A stretch of DNA of 62,345 bases, the filler included. It is 7 parts of 7 records of this genome, joined end to end, with 100 filler letters (N's around TTAATTAATTAA, not from the genome) between each part and the next. Parts side by side here need not be neighbours in the genome. Positions count along the whole stretch, not along the records: positions 1 to 8,444 come from SRR31156797_30056; positions 8,545 to 14,830 come from SRR31156797_30068; 5 more parts are not named here. One strand, 5' to 3'. Within the stretch, counting starts at the first letter, position 1. The number at the start of each line of letters is the position of its first letter. The notes under the pieces are model-generated. The model was not told where the DNA came from, ran no database searches, and worked only from the letters and a program-made list of their open reading frames with translations. Below, piece by piece: positions 1 through 12,092 of this stretch. The translations under genes and the position numbers were made by a program.

Positions 1-140
1 ACTATGATTCGATTAAGCAGCAAGAGCGTAGTTATTTTCGCCAATTAAAAAGTGTGAGATCCGATATTTACGAGCTGGAATCACAACGCTCGACATGCTT
101 ACATATCAATTCTACATGCTGTCAAAACCACGTCAGCCCC
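1..140 (-). ncRNA. ssrA: tmRNA, 5' portion (truncated by window start); tag peptide GENNYALAA at 42-13
   Basis: Reverse complement begins GGGGCTGACGTGGTTTTGACAGC and contains GGC GAA AAT AAC TAC GCT CTT GCT GCT TAA, a Bacteroidota-type tag. Confidence 0.95.
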
Positions 141-151
141 TAGAATTCATG

Positions 152-159
152 CAAAATTA
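152..159 (-). promoter_or_regulatory. Bacteroidota -7 promoter element for ssrA
   Basis: TAATTTTG (TAnnTTTG consensus) on minus strand just upstream of the tmRNA 5' end. Confidence 0.65.
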
Positions 160-389
160 GTAAAAAACTATTCATTGCGTAAGCTTTTGGCTAGGAATTC
201 ACTTTTTATTTATCATCCAGCTGCTACATTCTTTACTATCAGCAAGTAGAAAATTGTTAAAATTTTAAATAAAATCCTTAAATCCGTTAAGAATTTATTA
301 AATTAGAAGTACAAGCCCCAAACTATAAAAAATGAAGAGTATTAAAACCTTCATTTAACCTTTATTACTCACACCTAAAAACGAGTTTA

Positions 390-1622
390 ATGAAAAATAG
401 AATTAGAGTTGGCGTACTTCGTGAAACAAAGAATCCACCAGATAGAAGAGTGGCAATACCGCCACAAACTGGATTGAAAATATTGGATAAATATCCAAAT
501 GTTAGCATTTTTATTCAGCCAAGTGATATTAGATGCTATACCGATGCTGAGTATAGAGAACAAGGATATTTTTTAACTGAGGATTTACGAGAATGTGATA
601 TTCTAATTGGTGTAAAAGAAGTTAATATTCCCACTTTAATTCCTAATAAAACCTATTTGTTTTTTTCTCATACAGCAAAGGAACAGCCTCATAATAGAGA
701 ATTATTACGGCAAGCAATCAAGAGAAATATTACACTAATCGATTATGAATATCTAACTGATAAGAGCAATAAACGATTGGTAGCTTTTGGTCATTGGGCT
801 GGAGTAGTTGGAGCATATAAGGCTTTGCGTGCAAGAGGGATGAGAACAGATTTTTTTGATTTGCCACCTGCTCGATCGTGCAAAGATATGTACGAAATGT
901 ATGAGCATTTGAAAAATATTACACTAAAACCAATTAAAATTTTGGTGACTGGTGGTGGTCGGGTAGCTAATGGTGCCATGCAAACTATTCGTACTTTAAA
1001 TCTGAGAGAGGTAAGTGCGGAAGAGTTTTTAAATAATGATTATGCTGAACCTGTGGTTTGTCGAATTGATCCGGATCAGTACGTAGAAAGAATTGATGGT
1101 AGTGAATTTGATATGAATCATTTTTACCAGAATCCTGGCATGTATCGATCCACTTTTAAAAAATTTACCAGGGTTACCGATTTATTCATTGCTTGTCATT
1201 ATTGGGATCCTAAATCACCAAAATTTATAACTCCTGATGATTATAAAGAGGATGATTTTAACATATCAGTAATTGCTGATGTGAGTTGTGATATAAATGG
1301 ACCCATTCCTTCCACTCTTAGGGCATCGACAATTGCCTCTTCATTTTATGGCTACGATCGTTATAACGAAGAAGAAACCATTCCTTTCGTTGATAAGAGA
1401 AACGTAACAGTTATGGCAGTAGATAATTTACCTGGTGAATTGCCTCGTGATTCTTCAATAGATTTTGGAGAAGGGCTTTATGAGAATGTGTATAAGGCTT
1501 TGTTTGATAACGACTCAGAAGGAATATTGGAAAGAGCCACCATTGCTAAAGGTGGAAAATTAACTCCACAATTTTCTTACTTACAAAATTATTTAGAAGG
1601 AAAGAATGTCGTTACAGTGTAA
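390..1622 (+). CDS. Saccharopine dehydrogenase / lysine-ketoglutarate reductase-like NAD(P)-dependent oxidoreductase (AlaDh/PNT family)
   Basis: RETKNPPDRRV, GVKEV, FFSHT, IDYE, Rossmann TGGGRVANG, IADVSCD and MAVDNLP motifs. Confidence 0.8.
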   Translation: MKNRIRVGVLRETKNPPDRRVAIPPQTGLKILDKYPNVSIFIQPSDIRCYTDAEYREQGYFLTEDLRECDILIGVKEVNIPTLIPNKTYLFFSHTAKEQPHNRELLRQAIKRNITLIDYEYLTDKSNKRLVAFGHWAGVVGAYKALRARGMRTDFFDLPPARSCKDMYEMYEHLKNITLKPIKILVTGGGRVANGAMQTIRTLNLREVSAEEFLNNDYAEPVVCRIDPDQYVERIDGSEFDMNHFYQNPGMYRSTFKKFTRVTDLFIACHYWDPKSPKFITPDDYKEDDFNISVIADVSCDINGPIPSTLRASTIASSFYGYDRYNEEETIPFVDKRNVTVMAVDNLPGELPRDSSIDFGEGLYENVYKALFDNDSEGILERATIAKGGKLTPQFSYLQNYLEGKNVVTV

Positions 1623-1625
1623 AAA

Positions 1626-1661
1626 AAGAAAGACCAAATGTAAATTCATTTGGTCTTTCTT
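1626..1661. terminator. Bidirectional intrinsic terminator
   Basis: AAGAAAGACCAAATG-taaatt-CATTTGGTCTTTCTT between convergent genes. Confidence 0.85.
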
Positions 1662-1666
1662 CTGTC

Positions 1667-2317
1667 TTATAGTTTTTTCAAATCGGATATGGTCTCACTT
1701 GGATTATTTGCTCCAAAAACAAAACTTCCGGCAACTAGAGCATCAGCGCCAGCTTCAACTAATTTTTTCCCGGTTTCAGTATTTACACCTCCATCAATTT
1801 CGATAATCGTATTAGCATTTTGTTCGGCAATCATAGTTTTGAGCTGTCCAACTTTTTTATAAGTGTTCTCAATAAAACTCTGTCCACCAAATCCTGGATT
1901 TACACTCATAAGCAGAACTAAATCAAGATCAACAATAATATCTTCAAGAACAGAAACAGGTGTATGTGGGTTTAATGAAACACCAGCTTTCATTCCATGT
2001 TGTTTAATATTCTGAATGGTTCTGTGAAGATGAGTACAAGCTTCATAATGAACGGTAAGGTAATCGGCTCCAGCTTTTTGAAATGCTTCTACATATCTGT
2101 CTGGATCCACGATCATTAAATGAACATCAAGAGGCTTGGTGGCAATCTTGTTTATTTGTTGTACAACTGGTAAACCGTAAGAAATGTTTGGAACAAATAC
2201 TCCATCCATAATATCCAGGTGAAACCAGTCTGCCTGACTGTTGTTAACCATCTCGATGTCAGCTTTTAGATTTGTAAAATCAGCAGCCAAAAGAGATGGT
2301 GAAATAATTGTTTGCAT
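1667..2317 (-). CDS. rpe: Ribulose-phosphate 3-epimerase
   Basis: ISPSLLAADF, HLDIMDGVFVPN, DVHLM, MSVNPGFGGQ and IDGG motifs. Confidence 0.97.
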   Translation of the reverse strand: MQTIISPSLLAADFTNLKADIEMVNNSQADWFHLDIMDGVFVPNISYGLPVVQQINKIATKPLDVHLMIVDPDRYVEAFQKAGADYLTVHYEACTHLHRTIQNIKQHGMKAGVSLNPHTPVSVLEDIIVDLDLVLLMSVNPGFGGQSFIENTYKKVGQLKTMIAEQNANTIIEIDGGVNTETGKKLVEAGADALVAGSFVFGANNPSETISDLKKL

Positions 2318-2348
2318 CGATTGTTTAGTATTAATTTTTTATCTGGCG

Positions 2349-2356
2349 CAAAGATA
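2349..2356 (-). promoter_or_regulatory. Bacteroidota -7 promoter element for rpe
   Basis: TATCTTTG on minus strand about 30 nt upstream of the rpe ATG. Confidence 0.65.
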
Positions 2357-2363
2357 TAATTAA

Positions 2364-2410
2364 AAAAGGATAAGAGATGAAAATTAACATTTCAAAACTC
2401 TTATCCTTTT
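2364..2410 (-). terminator. Intrinsic terminator after the sigma factor gene
   Basis: AAAAGGATAAGAG...CTCTTATCCTTTT inverted repeat followed by a U-run on the minus strand. Confidence 0.7.
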
Positions 2411-2433
2411 AATATCCTTAGTAGTTGTGCAAT

Positions 2434-3300
2434 TTATTCTCCTAAATAGGTTTTTAGAATTTTACTTCTAAAGGTTGTTTTCATTCTTTTAATCGCCTTT
2501 TCTTTTATTTGGCGTACTCTTTCTCTGGTAAGCCCAAATTCTTTTCCAATTTCTTCCAGTGAGTAAGGAGGTTTGCTGTTTAATCCAAAGTATAAGCGGA
2601 TAATGGAAGCTTCTCTTTTTGATAAGGTAGAAAGTGATCTTTCAATTTCCTTTCTTAAGGAGTCCCTAATTAATGCTTTATCCGGACTTATCTCATCGTT
2701 ACTTAATAAGATGTCGTACAAAGTATTTTCTTCATCCGGATTGATTGGAGCATCCATAGAAACGTGTCTTCCGGAAGCTTTAAGTGCTTCTTTTACGTCT
2801 TTAGGACTCATTTCTAAAATATTGGCAATTTCTTCAGCTGAAGGTTCACGCTGATATTCTTGCTCTAATTGAGAGAATGTTTTGTTAATTTTATTTATGG
2901 ATCCAATTTTATTTAAAGGCAAACGAACAATTCTTGCCTGTTCGGCTAATGCCTGCAAAATGGATTGGCGAATCCACCAAACAGCATACGAGATGAACTT
3001 GAAACCACGAGTTTCATCAAATCGTTGGGCTGCTTTAATTAATCCTAAATTTCCTTCATTAATTAAATCCGGTAAACTAAGCCCTTGATTTTGGTATTGC
3101 TTAGAAACGGATACAACAAAACGTAGATTACATTTAATCAGTCGATCCAGAGCTTTTTTGTCTCCTTTTTTTATCAACCTGGCAAGTTTTACCTCCTCTT
3201 CCGCTGAAATTAGATCGACTTTTCCAATTTCATGCAGATACTTGTCAAGCGACGGAGTCTCTCTGTTTGTTACTTGTTTTGTAATTTTTAATTGTCTCAT
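2434..3300 (-). CDS. RNA polymerase sigma-70 factor, Bacteroidota RpoD/SigA family (no region 1.1)
   Basis: Starts [70 protein letters not shown]. Start moved from 3363 to the ATG at 3300. Confidence 0.93.
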   Translation of the reverse strand: MRQLKITKQVTNRETPSLDKYLHEIGKVDLISAEEEVKLARLIKKGDKKALDRLIKCNLRFVVSVSKQYQNQGLSLPDLINEGNLGLIKAAQRFDETRGFKFISYAVWWIRQSILQALAEQARIVRLPLNKIGSINKINKTFSQLEQEYQREPSAEEIANILEMSPKDVKEALKASGRHVSMDAPINPDEENTLYDILLSNDEISPDKALIRDSLRKEIERSLSTLSKREASIIRLYFGLNSKPPYSLEEIGKEFGLTRERVRQIKEKAIKRMKTTFRSKILKTYLGE

Positions 3301-3604
3301 AGTGGGATTAAATGGTATTAAATGTTCAAGCCTAGCTTGTTCATTAATATTTAAATATAGCAAAATGATTTAAAAAATGAAATTGCTTGGAGACGTCATT
3401 TGTTAAAATTCAGTTATATAAATGTGATTAAAATCAATACAGTGATAAAACTGCAATTATTTTTTGCTAATTATAAGTAAATGCGTAATATTGCATTTGA
3501 ATTCCGATTGATTCTTCTCATTTAGAGGTCGAAAGATCAGGTTCCGTATTATTCTAATACAATTCTATCTAAAACATTACCCAAAAAATATTAATAAATT
3601 TTTT

Positions 3605-5359
3605 ATGTACGATATTCTTGAATTAAACAAGAAGCTTGTGCCTGAATTGCGAGAAATCGCTAAAGAACTCAAAATTAAAAAAATTGAGTCGTTCAAAAAG
3701 CAAGATTTAATTTATAAGATCCTTGATCAACAGGCAATTGTAGCTTCTGAAATGAAAACTTCTGAGAAAAAACCTACTCGCAAGAGAGTTAAGAAGTCAG
3801 AGGGAGAGACAAAGGTTGAGGAAGATCAGCCAAAATTGAAATTACGTAGAAGAAGAAAAACTGAGCAGCCGGTTAAAGAGGTTGTGAAGGAAGCTGCTGC
3901 GCAAATTGAAAAAGTGGAAAAGGTTGAAACTCCTGTTAAGGAAAACAGAAGAGAAAAGAAACCTGTTGAAGCGAAACAAAATCCTTTAAAGGAACAAGCT
4001 CCTGTTAAAAAAGAGGCACCTGTTAAAAAAGAAGTACCTGTGGCAAAGCAGGAAGAAAAGCCTGTCCAGGAAAAAGTTGAACGTCAGGAAAGACCAGAAA
4101 AACAAGAGCGTCCAGAAAGACAGGATCGTCCAGAGAGACAAGATCGTCAGGAAAGACCAGAAAGAGGGGATAGACAAGATAAATCCAATCAGAACAGAAA
4201 AAGATTTGATAAAAGAGAAAAGGAAAAACTTTTCGAATTTGATGGAATCATAAACAGTTCTGGAGTATTGGAAATTATGCCTGACGGATATGGTTTTCTT
4301 CGTTCGTCGGATTACAACTATTTGAATTCTCCAGATGATATTTACGTTTCTCAATCGCAAATTAAATTGTTTGGATTGAAAACTGGTGATACAGTTAATG
4401 GAACAATCCGTCCTCCTAAGGAAGGTGAAAAATATTTCCCATTAATAAAGGTCGCTAAAATTAATGGTCGTTTGCCAGAGGTAATTCGCGATAGAGTTCC
4501 TTTTGATCATTTGACTCCTTTATTTCCTGATGAGAAATTTGAATTAACAGGAAAAGGAAGAAGTTCATTGTCGACCAGAGTTGTTGATATGTTCGCACCA
4601 ATTGGTAAAGGGCAAAGGGGTTTAATTGTTGCACAGCCAAAAACTGGTAAAACAGTATTATTGAAAGAAGTTGCAAATGCAATTGCTGCCAATAATCCTG
4701 AAGCTTATATGATTATCCTTTTAATTGATGAGCGTCCTGAAGAGGTTACCGATATGGCTCGTAGCGTAAATGCTGAAGTTATTTCTTCAACATTTGATGA
4801 GCCGGCGGAGCGTCATGTACGAGTTGCAAATATCGTTTTGGAAAAAGCAAAACGTATGGTAGAGTGTGGTCACGATGTTGTTATTCTTTTGGATTCAATT
4901 ACTCGTTTAGCACGTGCTTACAATACTGTTTCTCCAGCATCAGGAAAAGTACTTTCGGGTGGTGTTGATGCGAACGCATTGCACAAACCTAAGCGTTTCT
5001 TTGGAGCTGCTCGTAATATTGAGCACGGAGGTTCGCTAACAATTTTAGCTACTGCTTTAACCGAAACTGGTTCTAAGATGGATGAGGTAATCTTCGAAGA
5101 ATTTAAGGGAACAGGTAATATGGAACTTCAGCTTGACCGTAAGTTGTCTAACAAACGTATTTACCCAGCTGTTGATATTACAGCCTCAAGTACTCGTCGT
5201 GAAGATCTTTTATTGGATGAAGCACAGTTGAACCGTATTTGGGTTCTTCGAAACTTCTTAACGGATATGAATTCGGTAGAAGCTATGCAGTTTATTAGCG
5301 ACAGAATGCGTAAAACCCGTTCAAACGAAGAGTTTTTAATTTCGATGAACGATAAGTAG
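3605..5359 (+). CDS. rho: Transcription termination factor Rho with a long charged N-terminal insertion
   Basis: [44 protein letters not shown] and [10 protein letters not shown] motifs. Confidence 0.98.
   Translation: MYDILELNKKLVPELREIAKELKIKKIESFKKQDLIYKILDQQAIVASEMKTSEKKPTRKRVKKSEGETKVEEDQPKLKLRRRRKTEQPVKEVVKEAAAQIEKVEKVETPVKENRREKKPVEAKQNPLKEQAPVKKEAPVKKEVPVAKQEEKPVQEKVERQERPEKQERPERQDRPERQDRQERPERGDRQDKSNQNRKRFDKREKEKLFEFDGIINSSGVLEIMPDGYGFLRSSDYNYLNSPDDIYVSQSQIKLFGLKTGDTVNGTIRPPKEGEKYFPLIKVAKINGRLPEVIRDRVPFDHLTPLFPDEKFELTGKGRSSLSTRVVDMFAPIGKGQRGLIVAQPKTGKTVLLKEVANAIAANNPEAYMIILLIDERPEEVTDMARSVNAEVISSTFDEPAERHVRVANIVLEKAKRMVECGHDVVILLDSITRLARAYNTVSPASGKVLSGGVDANALHKPKRFFGAARNIEHGGSLTILATALTETGSKMDEVIFEEFKGTGNMELQLDRKLSNKRIYPAVDITASSTRREDLLLDEAQLNRIWVLRNFLTDMNSVEAMQFISDRMRKTRSNEEFLISMNDK
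4079..4180 (+). repeat. Degenerate 9-nt tandem repeat in rho encoding (R/K)-(Q/P)-(E/D) units
   Basis: Encodes [34 protein letters not shown]. Confidence 0.8.
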
Positions 5360-5382
5360 GAAAGATATTTCCATAGAAATAT

Positions 5383-5419
5383 AAAGGCAGTAGGTTTTAA
5401 ATCTACTGCCTTTTTTTTT
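5383..5419 (+). terminator. Intrinsic terminator after rho
   Basis: AAAGGCAGTAG-gttttaaat-CTACTGCC followed by T9. Confidence 0.9.
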
Positions 5420-5630
5420 GTCAGTCTACCCTGTATAATGGTATTGTTGGATATTTATAGGGAGTCAGAATTGAACAAATTAAAATATATTAAATATTAT
5501 TTTAGCAATCTGAAAACGTACTCATCGATAGCTTGTTAATGTTTTCTTGCATCTTATTTTAAATAAGTATAAATTGCAAAATCTGAATCGTTTTGTAATC
5601 TCTAGATAGCAAAAGTAAGCTATAATTCTA

Positions 5631-5638
5631 TACATTTG
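5631..5638 (+). promoter_or_regulatory. Bacteroidota -7 promoter element
   Basis: TACATTTG 20 nt upstream of the ATG at 5659. Confidence 0.6.
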
Positions 5639-5658
5639 CGAAGTAAATTCGATAAAAT

Positions 5659-6846
5659 ATGAACACCTTACTACAGACTCACAACAGTTTGTTGAAAAAT
5701 AAAAAAAGTAACATTAGACGAGAGTTGGCTGATCAAATTGATTGGTCGCAACGTTTGATTGCTATTAAAGGTGCCAGAGGTGTAGGTAAAACTACATTCC
5801 TGCTTGATTATATTCGTGAACACTGTGCTAACGATAAAACTTGTTTGTATATAAATATGAACAATCTCTTTTTTACTGAACGAGGTTTGGTTTCATTTGT
5901 TGATGAGTTTTATAAAAAGGGTGGTAAGTTATTGCTACTTGATCAAATTCATAAGTATCCAGAATGGGCTGAAGATTTGAAAATTTGCTATGAGCAATAT
6001 GAAGATCTTAAGATTATTTTTACAGGATCATCTATTTTAAGAGTTAAAACTAATGAGGTCTTAAAAGATTTCGTTAAGGTTTACTACTTGAATGGTTTAT
6101 CGTTTAGAGAGTTTTTGAATTATGAAACTGGAAATAGGTTTACCAGCTACACTTTAGAGCATGTTCTTGAAAATCATGAAGAAATAGTTGAAGATATACT
6201 AAAAAAAGTACGTCCGTTAGCTTATTTTAATGATTATTTGCAATATGGGTATTATCCTTGTTATCAGGAAGAAAAAAGTTTCATTGATAACTTGTTGAAA
6301 ATTGTCAATTTGATGTTGGAGTTTGATATTACATATCTGAACCAAATTGAATTGAAATATCTGCCAAAACTTAAGAAATTACTATATATAATATCCAGTA
6401 ATGTACCATTTCAACCTAATGTAAGTAAACTTGCAAACGAAGTTGAAACATCACGAGCTACAATCATGAATTATTTGCGCTATTTAAAAAATGCCAGATT
6501 AATTCGCTTGTTAAATTCGAAAGAAAGTCAGAAAGATTCATCGAAGAAACCTAATAAAGTGTATTTACACAATACCAATCTTCTATATGCAATTTCTCCT
6601 GATAATATGGATGAAGCTAATTTGCGTGAAACCTTTTTTTACAATCAGGTTGGACCAGGCAGAATGATTACGAGCACTGATATGGGACATTTCATGGTAA
6701 ATGATAAATATAATTTTAACATTACTGGCAATTCGAATCCTACTGAATCAAAATTAAGAACAGAAGATTATTTTGAGGCAGCCGATATGATCGAACGCGG
6801 TGAAGGAAACAAAATTCCTTTGTGGTTGTTCGGTTTTTTGTATTAG
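5659..6846 (+). CDS. AAA-family ATPase (AAA_14/DUF4143-like)
   Basis: Walker A GARGVGKT, variant Walker B LLLLDQIH, FTGSS, LSFREFL and C-terminal IPLWLFGFLY. Confidence 0.85.
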   Translation: MNTLLQTHNSLLKNKKSNIRRELADQIDWSQRLIAIKGARGVGKTTFLLDYIREHCANDKTCLYINMNNLFFTERGLVSFVDEFYKKGGKLLLLDQIHKYPEWAEDLKICYEQYEDLKIIFTGSSILRVKTNEVLKDFVKVYYLNGLSFREFLNYETGNRFTSYTLEHVLENHEEIVEDILKKVRPLAYFNDYLQYGYYPCYQEEKSFIDNLLKIVNLMLEFDITYLNQIELKYLPKLKKLLYIISSNVPFQPNVSKLANEVETSRATIMNYLRYLKNARLIRLLNSKESQKDSSKKPNKVYLHNTNLLYAISPDNMDEANLRETFFYNQVGPGRMITSTDMGHFMVNDKYNFNITGNSNPTESKLRTEDYFEAADMIERGEGNKIPLWLFGFLY

Positions 6847-6867
6847 AGAAATAAATAACAGAAATAA

Positions 6868-8444
<1,577 letters not shown>

Positions 8445-8544
8445 NNNNNNNNNNNNNNNNNNNNNNNNNNNNNNNNNNNNNNNNNNNNTTAATTAATTAA
8501 NNNNNNNNNNNNNNNNNNNNNNNNNNNNNNNNNNNNNNNNNNNN
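8445..8544. other. Artificial contig spacer
   Basis: 44 N + TTAATTAATTAA + 44 N. Confidence 0.99.
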
Positions 8545-9321
8545 AAAGATAAACGACTCAAAGCGGGTGAATATTTTCTATCCACGGCCATGACCCCCCG
8601 CGAAATCCTGGGCCAGATGGTTCAAGGTCGCGTCCACCTCTATCGCGTTACCATCCCGGAAGGTTTTACCCTGGTTCAGATTGCCGACGCCGTTGCCGAG
8701 GCAGGGGTGGCTCAACGAAATGAGTTCTTGGAAGCCACCAAAAATCCCGAAACGGCAAAACGCTTGGGTGTGGATGCCCAGACACTGGAAGGATACCTGT
8801 TTCCTGATACGTACTATTTCCCAAGGGGTTTGGATCATCTCAGTATCATCGCCACCATGGTGAAACAGTTCCGTGCAGCGTTCAAACCGGAATGGGAAAA
8901 AAGGGCCAAGGAGCTGAATATGACTCTTCACGAAGTGGTTACGCTCGCTTCGATTATTGAAAAAGAGACCGGGGCCCCCGAAGAACGCCCCCTGATCGCT
9001 TCGGTTTTTCATAACCGCCTGCGCAAAGGCATGCGGCTTGAAACCGACCCTACGGTAATATACGGTATCCCCGACTTTGACGGCAACCTCACCCGCAAGC
9101 ATCTCAGAACCTATACGCCCTACAATACCTATAAAATCAAGGGACTCCCCCCCGGCCCCATTTCCAATCCAGGAGCGCTGGCATTGGAGGCGACGTTGTT
9201 TCCGGCTGAGAGCACCTATCTTTTCTTCGTTTCCAAAAAGAACGGAACCCATCAATTCTCCGCAACCATAGAGGAACACAATGCTGCGGTGCGCAAATAC
9301 CAGTTAAGGAAAAGAAAGTGA
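8545..9321 (+). CDS. mltG: Endolytic transglycosylase MltG, 5'-truncated
   Basis: Frame open from contig start (KDKRLKAGEY); VTIPEGF, LEGYLFPDTY, LASIIEKE, YNTY and GLPPGPISNPG motifs. Confidence 0.95.
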   Translation, partial: KDKRLKAGEYFLSTAMTPREILGQMVQGRVHLYRVTIPEGFTLVQIADAVAEAGVAQRNEFLEATKNPETAKRLGVDAQTLEGYLFPDTYYFPRGLDHLSIIATMVKQFRAAFKPEWEKRAKELNMTLHEVVTLASIIEKETGAPEERPLIASVFHNRLRKGMRLETDPTVIYGIPDFDGNLTRKHLRTYTPYNTYKIKGLPPGPISNPGALALEATLFPAESTYLFFVSKKNGTHQFSATIEEHNAAVRKYQLRKRK

Positions 9322-10811
9322 CGCGTAAAAAAGCTCCGTGCATCGCCGTCTTCGGAACCGGTTCAGACGTCGGGAAGAGCGTTCTGGCCGCCGCCTTTTG
9401 CCGAATTTTCTCCGATATGGGGATCAAGGTTGCCCCCTACAAGGCCCAGAACATGTCCAATAACTCCGGGGTCACCCCCGAGGGGTTGGAAATGGGGCGA
9501 GCGCAAATCGTTCAAGCCGAAGCGGCAAGGACCACGCCCCATGTGGACATGAACCCTGTTTTACTCAAGCCCACCAGCGATGTGGGTTCACAGGTGGTAT
9601 TGCTCGGCGAAGCCATCGGCAATCAGAGTGCCATGGATTACCATGAAAAAAAATCCGTTCTGGTAAAAGCAGCCAACCACGCTTTAGAACGCCTTCGAAG
9701 CAGGTACGACCTGGTGGTGATGGAAGGTGCGGGTTCCTGCGCCGAAGTCAACCTGCTGGACCACGACATCGTCAACTTCTCCATGGCCCAAACGGCCGAT
9801 GCCCCGGTCATTGTCGTCGGTGATATTCACAGGGGCGGTATTTTCGCCCAATTGGTCGGCACTCTGGAATGTCTCCCCCCGCACTATAAAAAACGCATTG
9901 CGGGATTCATCATCAACCGTTTTCGCGGCGATCAACGTCTTTTTGAAGACGGGGTGAAATGGATCGAAAAAAAGACCTGCCTTCCGATCTTCGGCGTCGT
10001 CCCCTGGTTCGACCATATCCGCATCGACCCGGAGGACTCGGTGGTCATTGAAAAACCGCAAACGGTCCGTGTAGAAAAAAATGGAAAGCATTCCATCGCC
10101 GTCCTTCGTATTCCCCATATCTCCAACTTTACCGATTTCGATCCGTTGCAATCCATTCCCGGAATCCACCTTCATTTCATCGAGACCCCCCAGGACCTGT
10201 CCGGTTTTGCCGCCGTGATTCTTCCCGGTTCAAAAAACACCCGGTTCGACCTGAAATGGCTGAAAACAAAGGGCTGGCAGGACCGTATAGAAGCCTATCA
10301 TCGAAACGGCGGCCACGTTACAGGCATTTGCGGCGGTTATCAGATGATGGGTAAAACGGTTCAGGATCCCGACGGCTTGGAGGGAAGATCCGGAGAAACC
10401 AAAGGGCTGGGCCTTTTGCCGGTAACCACCGTTCTCAAAGCACCCAAAACGACGACCTTGAGCCGATTCTCCTGGAATGGTGTCCAGGGAACAGGTTATG
10501 AGATTCATATGGGGCAAAGCCGGCTGGACGGGGGAACGCCGCTGTTGACCGTTCATGAGAGAAATGGAAATTCCGATCCGGATGTCGATGGGTGCCTTTC
10601 TGAAAACCTAAATGCGCTCGGCACCTACATGCACGGCCTGTTCGACACGCCTGAATTGGTTTCCCACTGGTTGAACAAGATCGGATTGCCTGACATCCCC
10701 GCGCCTGCAACCGGCGGCCTCGCTTTTCGGGATGGACAATACAACTTGCTGGCCGAGCACCTGAAAACCCATTTGGATATCATCAAAATTGCCGGATTGG
10801 CGGGAAATTGA
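9318..10811 (+). CDS. cobQ: Cobyric acid synthase
   Basis: GTGSDVGKS, KAQNMSNNS, MNPVLLKP, EGAGS, ISNFTDFDP, GICGGYQM and GTYMHGLF motifs. Confidence 0.96.
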   Translation: MTRKKAPCIAVFGTGSDVGKSVLAAAFCRIFSDMGIKVAPYKAQNMSNNSGVTPEGLEMGRAQIVQAEAARTTPHVDMNPVLLKPTSDVGSQVVLLGEAIGNQSAMDYHEKKSVLVKAANHALERLRSRYDLVVMEGAGSCAEVNLLDHDIVNFSMAQTADAPVIVVGDIHRGGIFAQLVGTLECLPPHYKKRIAGFIINRFRGDQRLFEDGVKWIEKKTCLPIFGVVPWFDHIRIDPEDSVVIEKPQTVRVEKNGKHSIAVLRIPHISNFTDFDPLQSIPGIHLHFIETPQDLSGFAAVILPGSKNTRFDLKWLKTKGWQDRIEAYHRNGGHVTGICGGYQMMGKTVQDPDGLEGRSGETKGLGLLPVTTVLKAPKTTTLSRFSWNGVQGTGYEIHMGQSRLDGGTPLLTVHERNGNSDPDVDGCLSENLNALGTYMHGLFDTPELVSHWLNKIGLPDIPAPATGGLAFRDGQYNLLAEHLKTHLDIIKIAGLAGN

Positions 10812-10818
10812 ACAGAAG

Positions 10819-11367
10819 ATGACAGAGAATCAGAAGATATTGGTCCTGGGCGGCTGCCGCAGCGGTAAAAGCAATCATGCGCTCCGACAGGCTGAAGCAA
10901 TCGGAGATCACCGGATTTTTGTTGCGACCTGCATTCCTAGAGACGATGAAATGGTAGACCGCGTAAACAAACATCGTAAAGATCGCGACGACAGTTGGAA
11001 GACCCTTGAAGTCCCCGTTGATATCGACCAGGCCATTACCCAATTCAGCCCTACGGCACAGGTCCTGCTGGTTGATTGCTTGACCCTGTGGGTCAACAAC
11101 CTGCTCATGGAAACCCAGGATGTAAAAAAGATTCAAGATTACATTGCCCGCCTTGCCGAAGCGGTCTTGAATGCCCATTGCGCCGTGGTACTGGTATCCA
11201 ACGAAGTGGGAACCGGTATTGTCCCGGAAAATGCCATGGCCCGCCTGTATCGTGATTTGGCCGGTTGGACCAATCAGGCAATGGCCAGGGTCTGCAACAA
11301 GGTAGTCTGGTCCGTCGCAGGCATCCCCGTCACCATCAAACCGTCTGCGACCGATACGGCGCCATGA
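10819..11367 (+). CDS. cobU: Adenosylcobinamide kinase / guanylyltransferase
   Basis: GGCRSGKS, LLVDCLTLW, VSNEVGTG and RLYRDLAG motifs; start set at MTENQK. Confidence 0.95.
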   Translation: MTENQKILVLGGCRSGKSNHALRQAEAIGDHRIFVATCIPRDDEMVDRVNKHRKDRDDSWKTLEVPVDIDQAITQFSPTAQVLLVDCLTLWVNNLLMETQDVKKIQDYIARLAEAVLNAHCAVVLVSNEVGTGIVPENAMARLYRDLAGWTNQAMARVCNKVVWSVAGIPVTIKPSATDTAP

Positions 11368-12092
11368 AATCCCTGATCGCATCTCTCCAGTTCATCACCG
11401 GCCTCCCCTTGGGAAAGCAGCAACGGTTCGATCCCAAAAGGATCATTGTAAATTTTCCGTTGGCCGGTTTGGTCATCGGCCTTCTGCTGGCTTCATTCGA
11501 TGCAATTGTCTCCACCCTCTGGTCTCTTCAGGTCACCGCTGCATTGGATGTGGTCCTGTTGGCCGCCGTCACCGGCGCCCTTCATCTGGACGGTCTCGCG
11601 GACACGGCGGACGGCCTGTACGGGCAAAGAGAACGAGACAAAGCACTGGCAATTATGAAGGATAGCCGTGTCGGTGCCATGGGCCTGGTTGCGGTCGTCT
11701 GTGCTTTGCTGATCAAAACTGTCTCTATCGGCCAGGTGGAGCAGTCCCGTTTTCTGGCCCTGGTTGTCGTGCCGGCGTATGCACGGACCGCGATGATGTT
11801 CGGCATGAAGTTTTTACCCTACGCGCGGGGCAGCGAGGGGACCGGCAGTTCATTTTTTGAAACGCCACTGACAAAAATAGAGTTCAGGTGGGCTGTTCTG
11901 CCCCTTTTACTCACTTTTTTGATCGGCTGGCGTGGAGCCTTGCTAAACCTTACGTTTGTATTCGTACTGAGCCTCCTTCTTCTCTTTTACCGAAAAAAAT
12001 TGGGCGGCATTACCGGTGACATGCTGGGCTGCATGGTTGAAGTCATGGAGGCTGCACTGTTTCTAACGCTATGCATAGGAGACGGGCCATGA
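11364..12092 (+). CDS. cobS: Adenosylcobinamide-GDP ribazoletransferase (cobamide synthase)
   Basis: TGALHLDGLADTADG, IMKDSRVGAMG and GGITGDMLG motifs; ATGA overlap with cobU. Confidence 0.96.
   Translation: MKSLIASLQFITGLPLGKQQRFDPKRIIVNFPLAGLVIGLLLASFDAIVSTLWSLQVTAALDVVLLAAVTGALHLDGLADTADGLYGQRERDKALAIMKDSRVGAMGLVAVVCALLIKTVSIGQVEQSRFLALVVVPAYARTAMMFGMKFLPYARGSEGTGSSFFETPLTKIEFRWAVLPLLLTFLIGWRGALLNLTFVFVLSLLLLFYRKKLGGITGDMLGCMVEVMEAALFLTLCIGDGP

Noticed and set aside
8489-8500. TTAATTAATTAA repeated six times across the window
   Set aside because: Artificial all-frame-stop linker inside N spacers, not a biological repeat.
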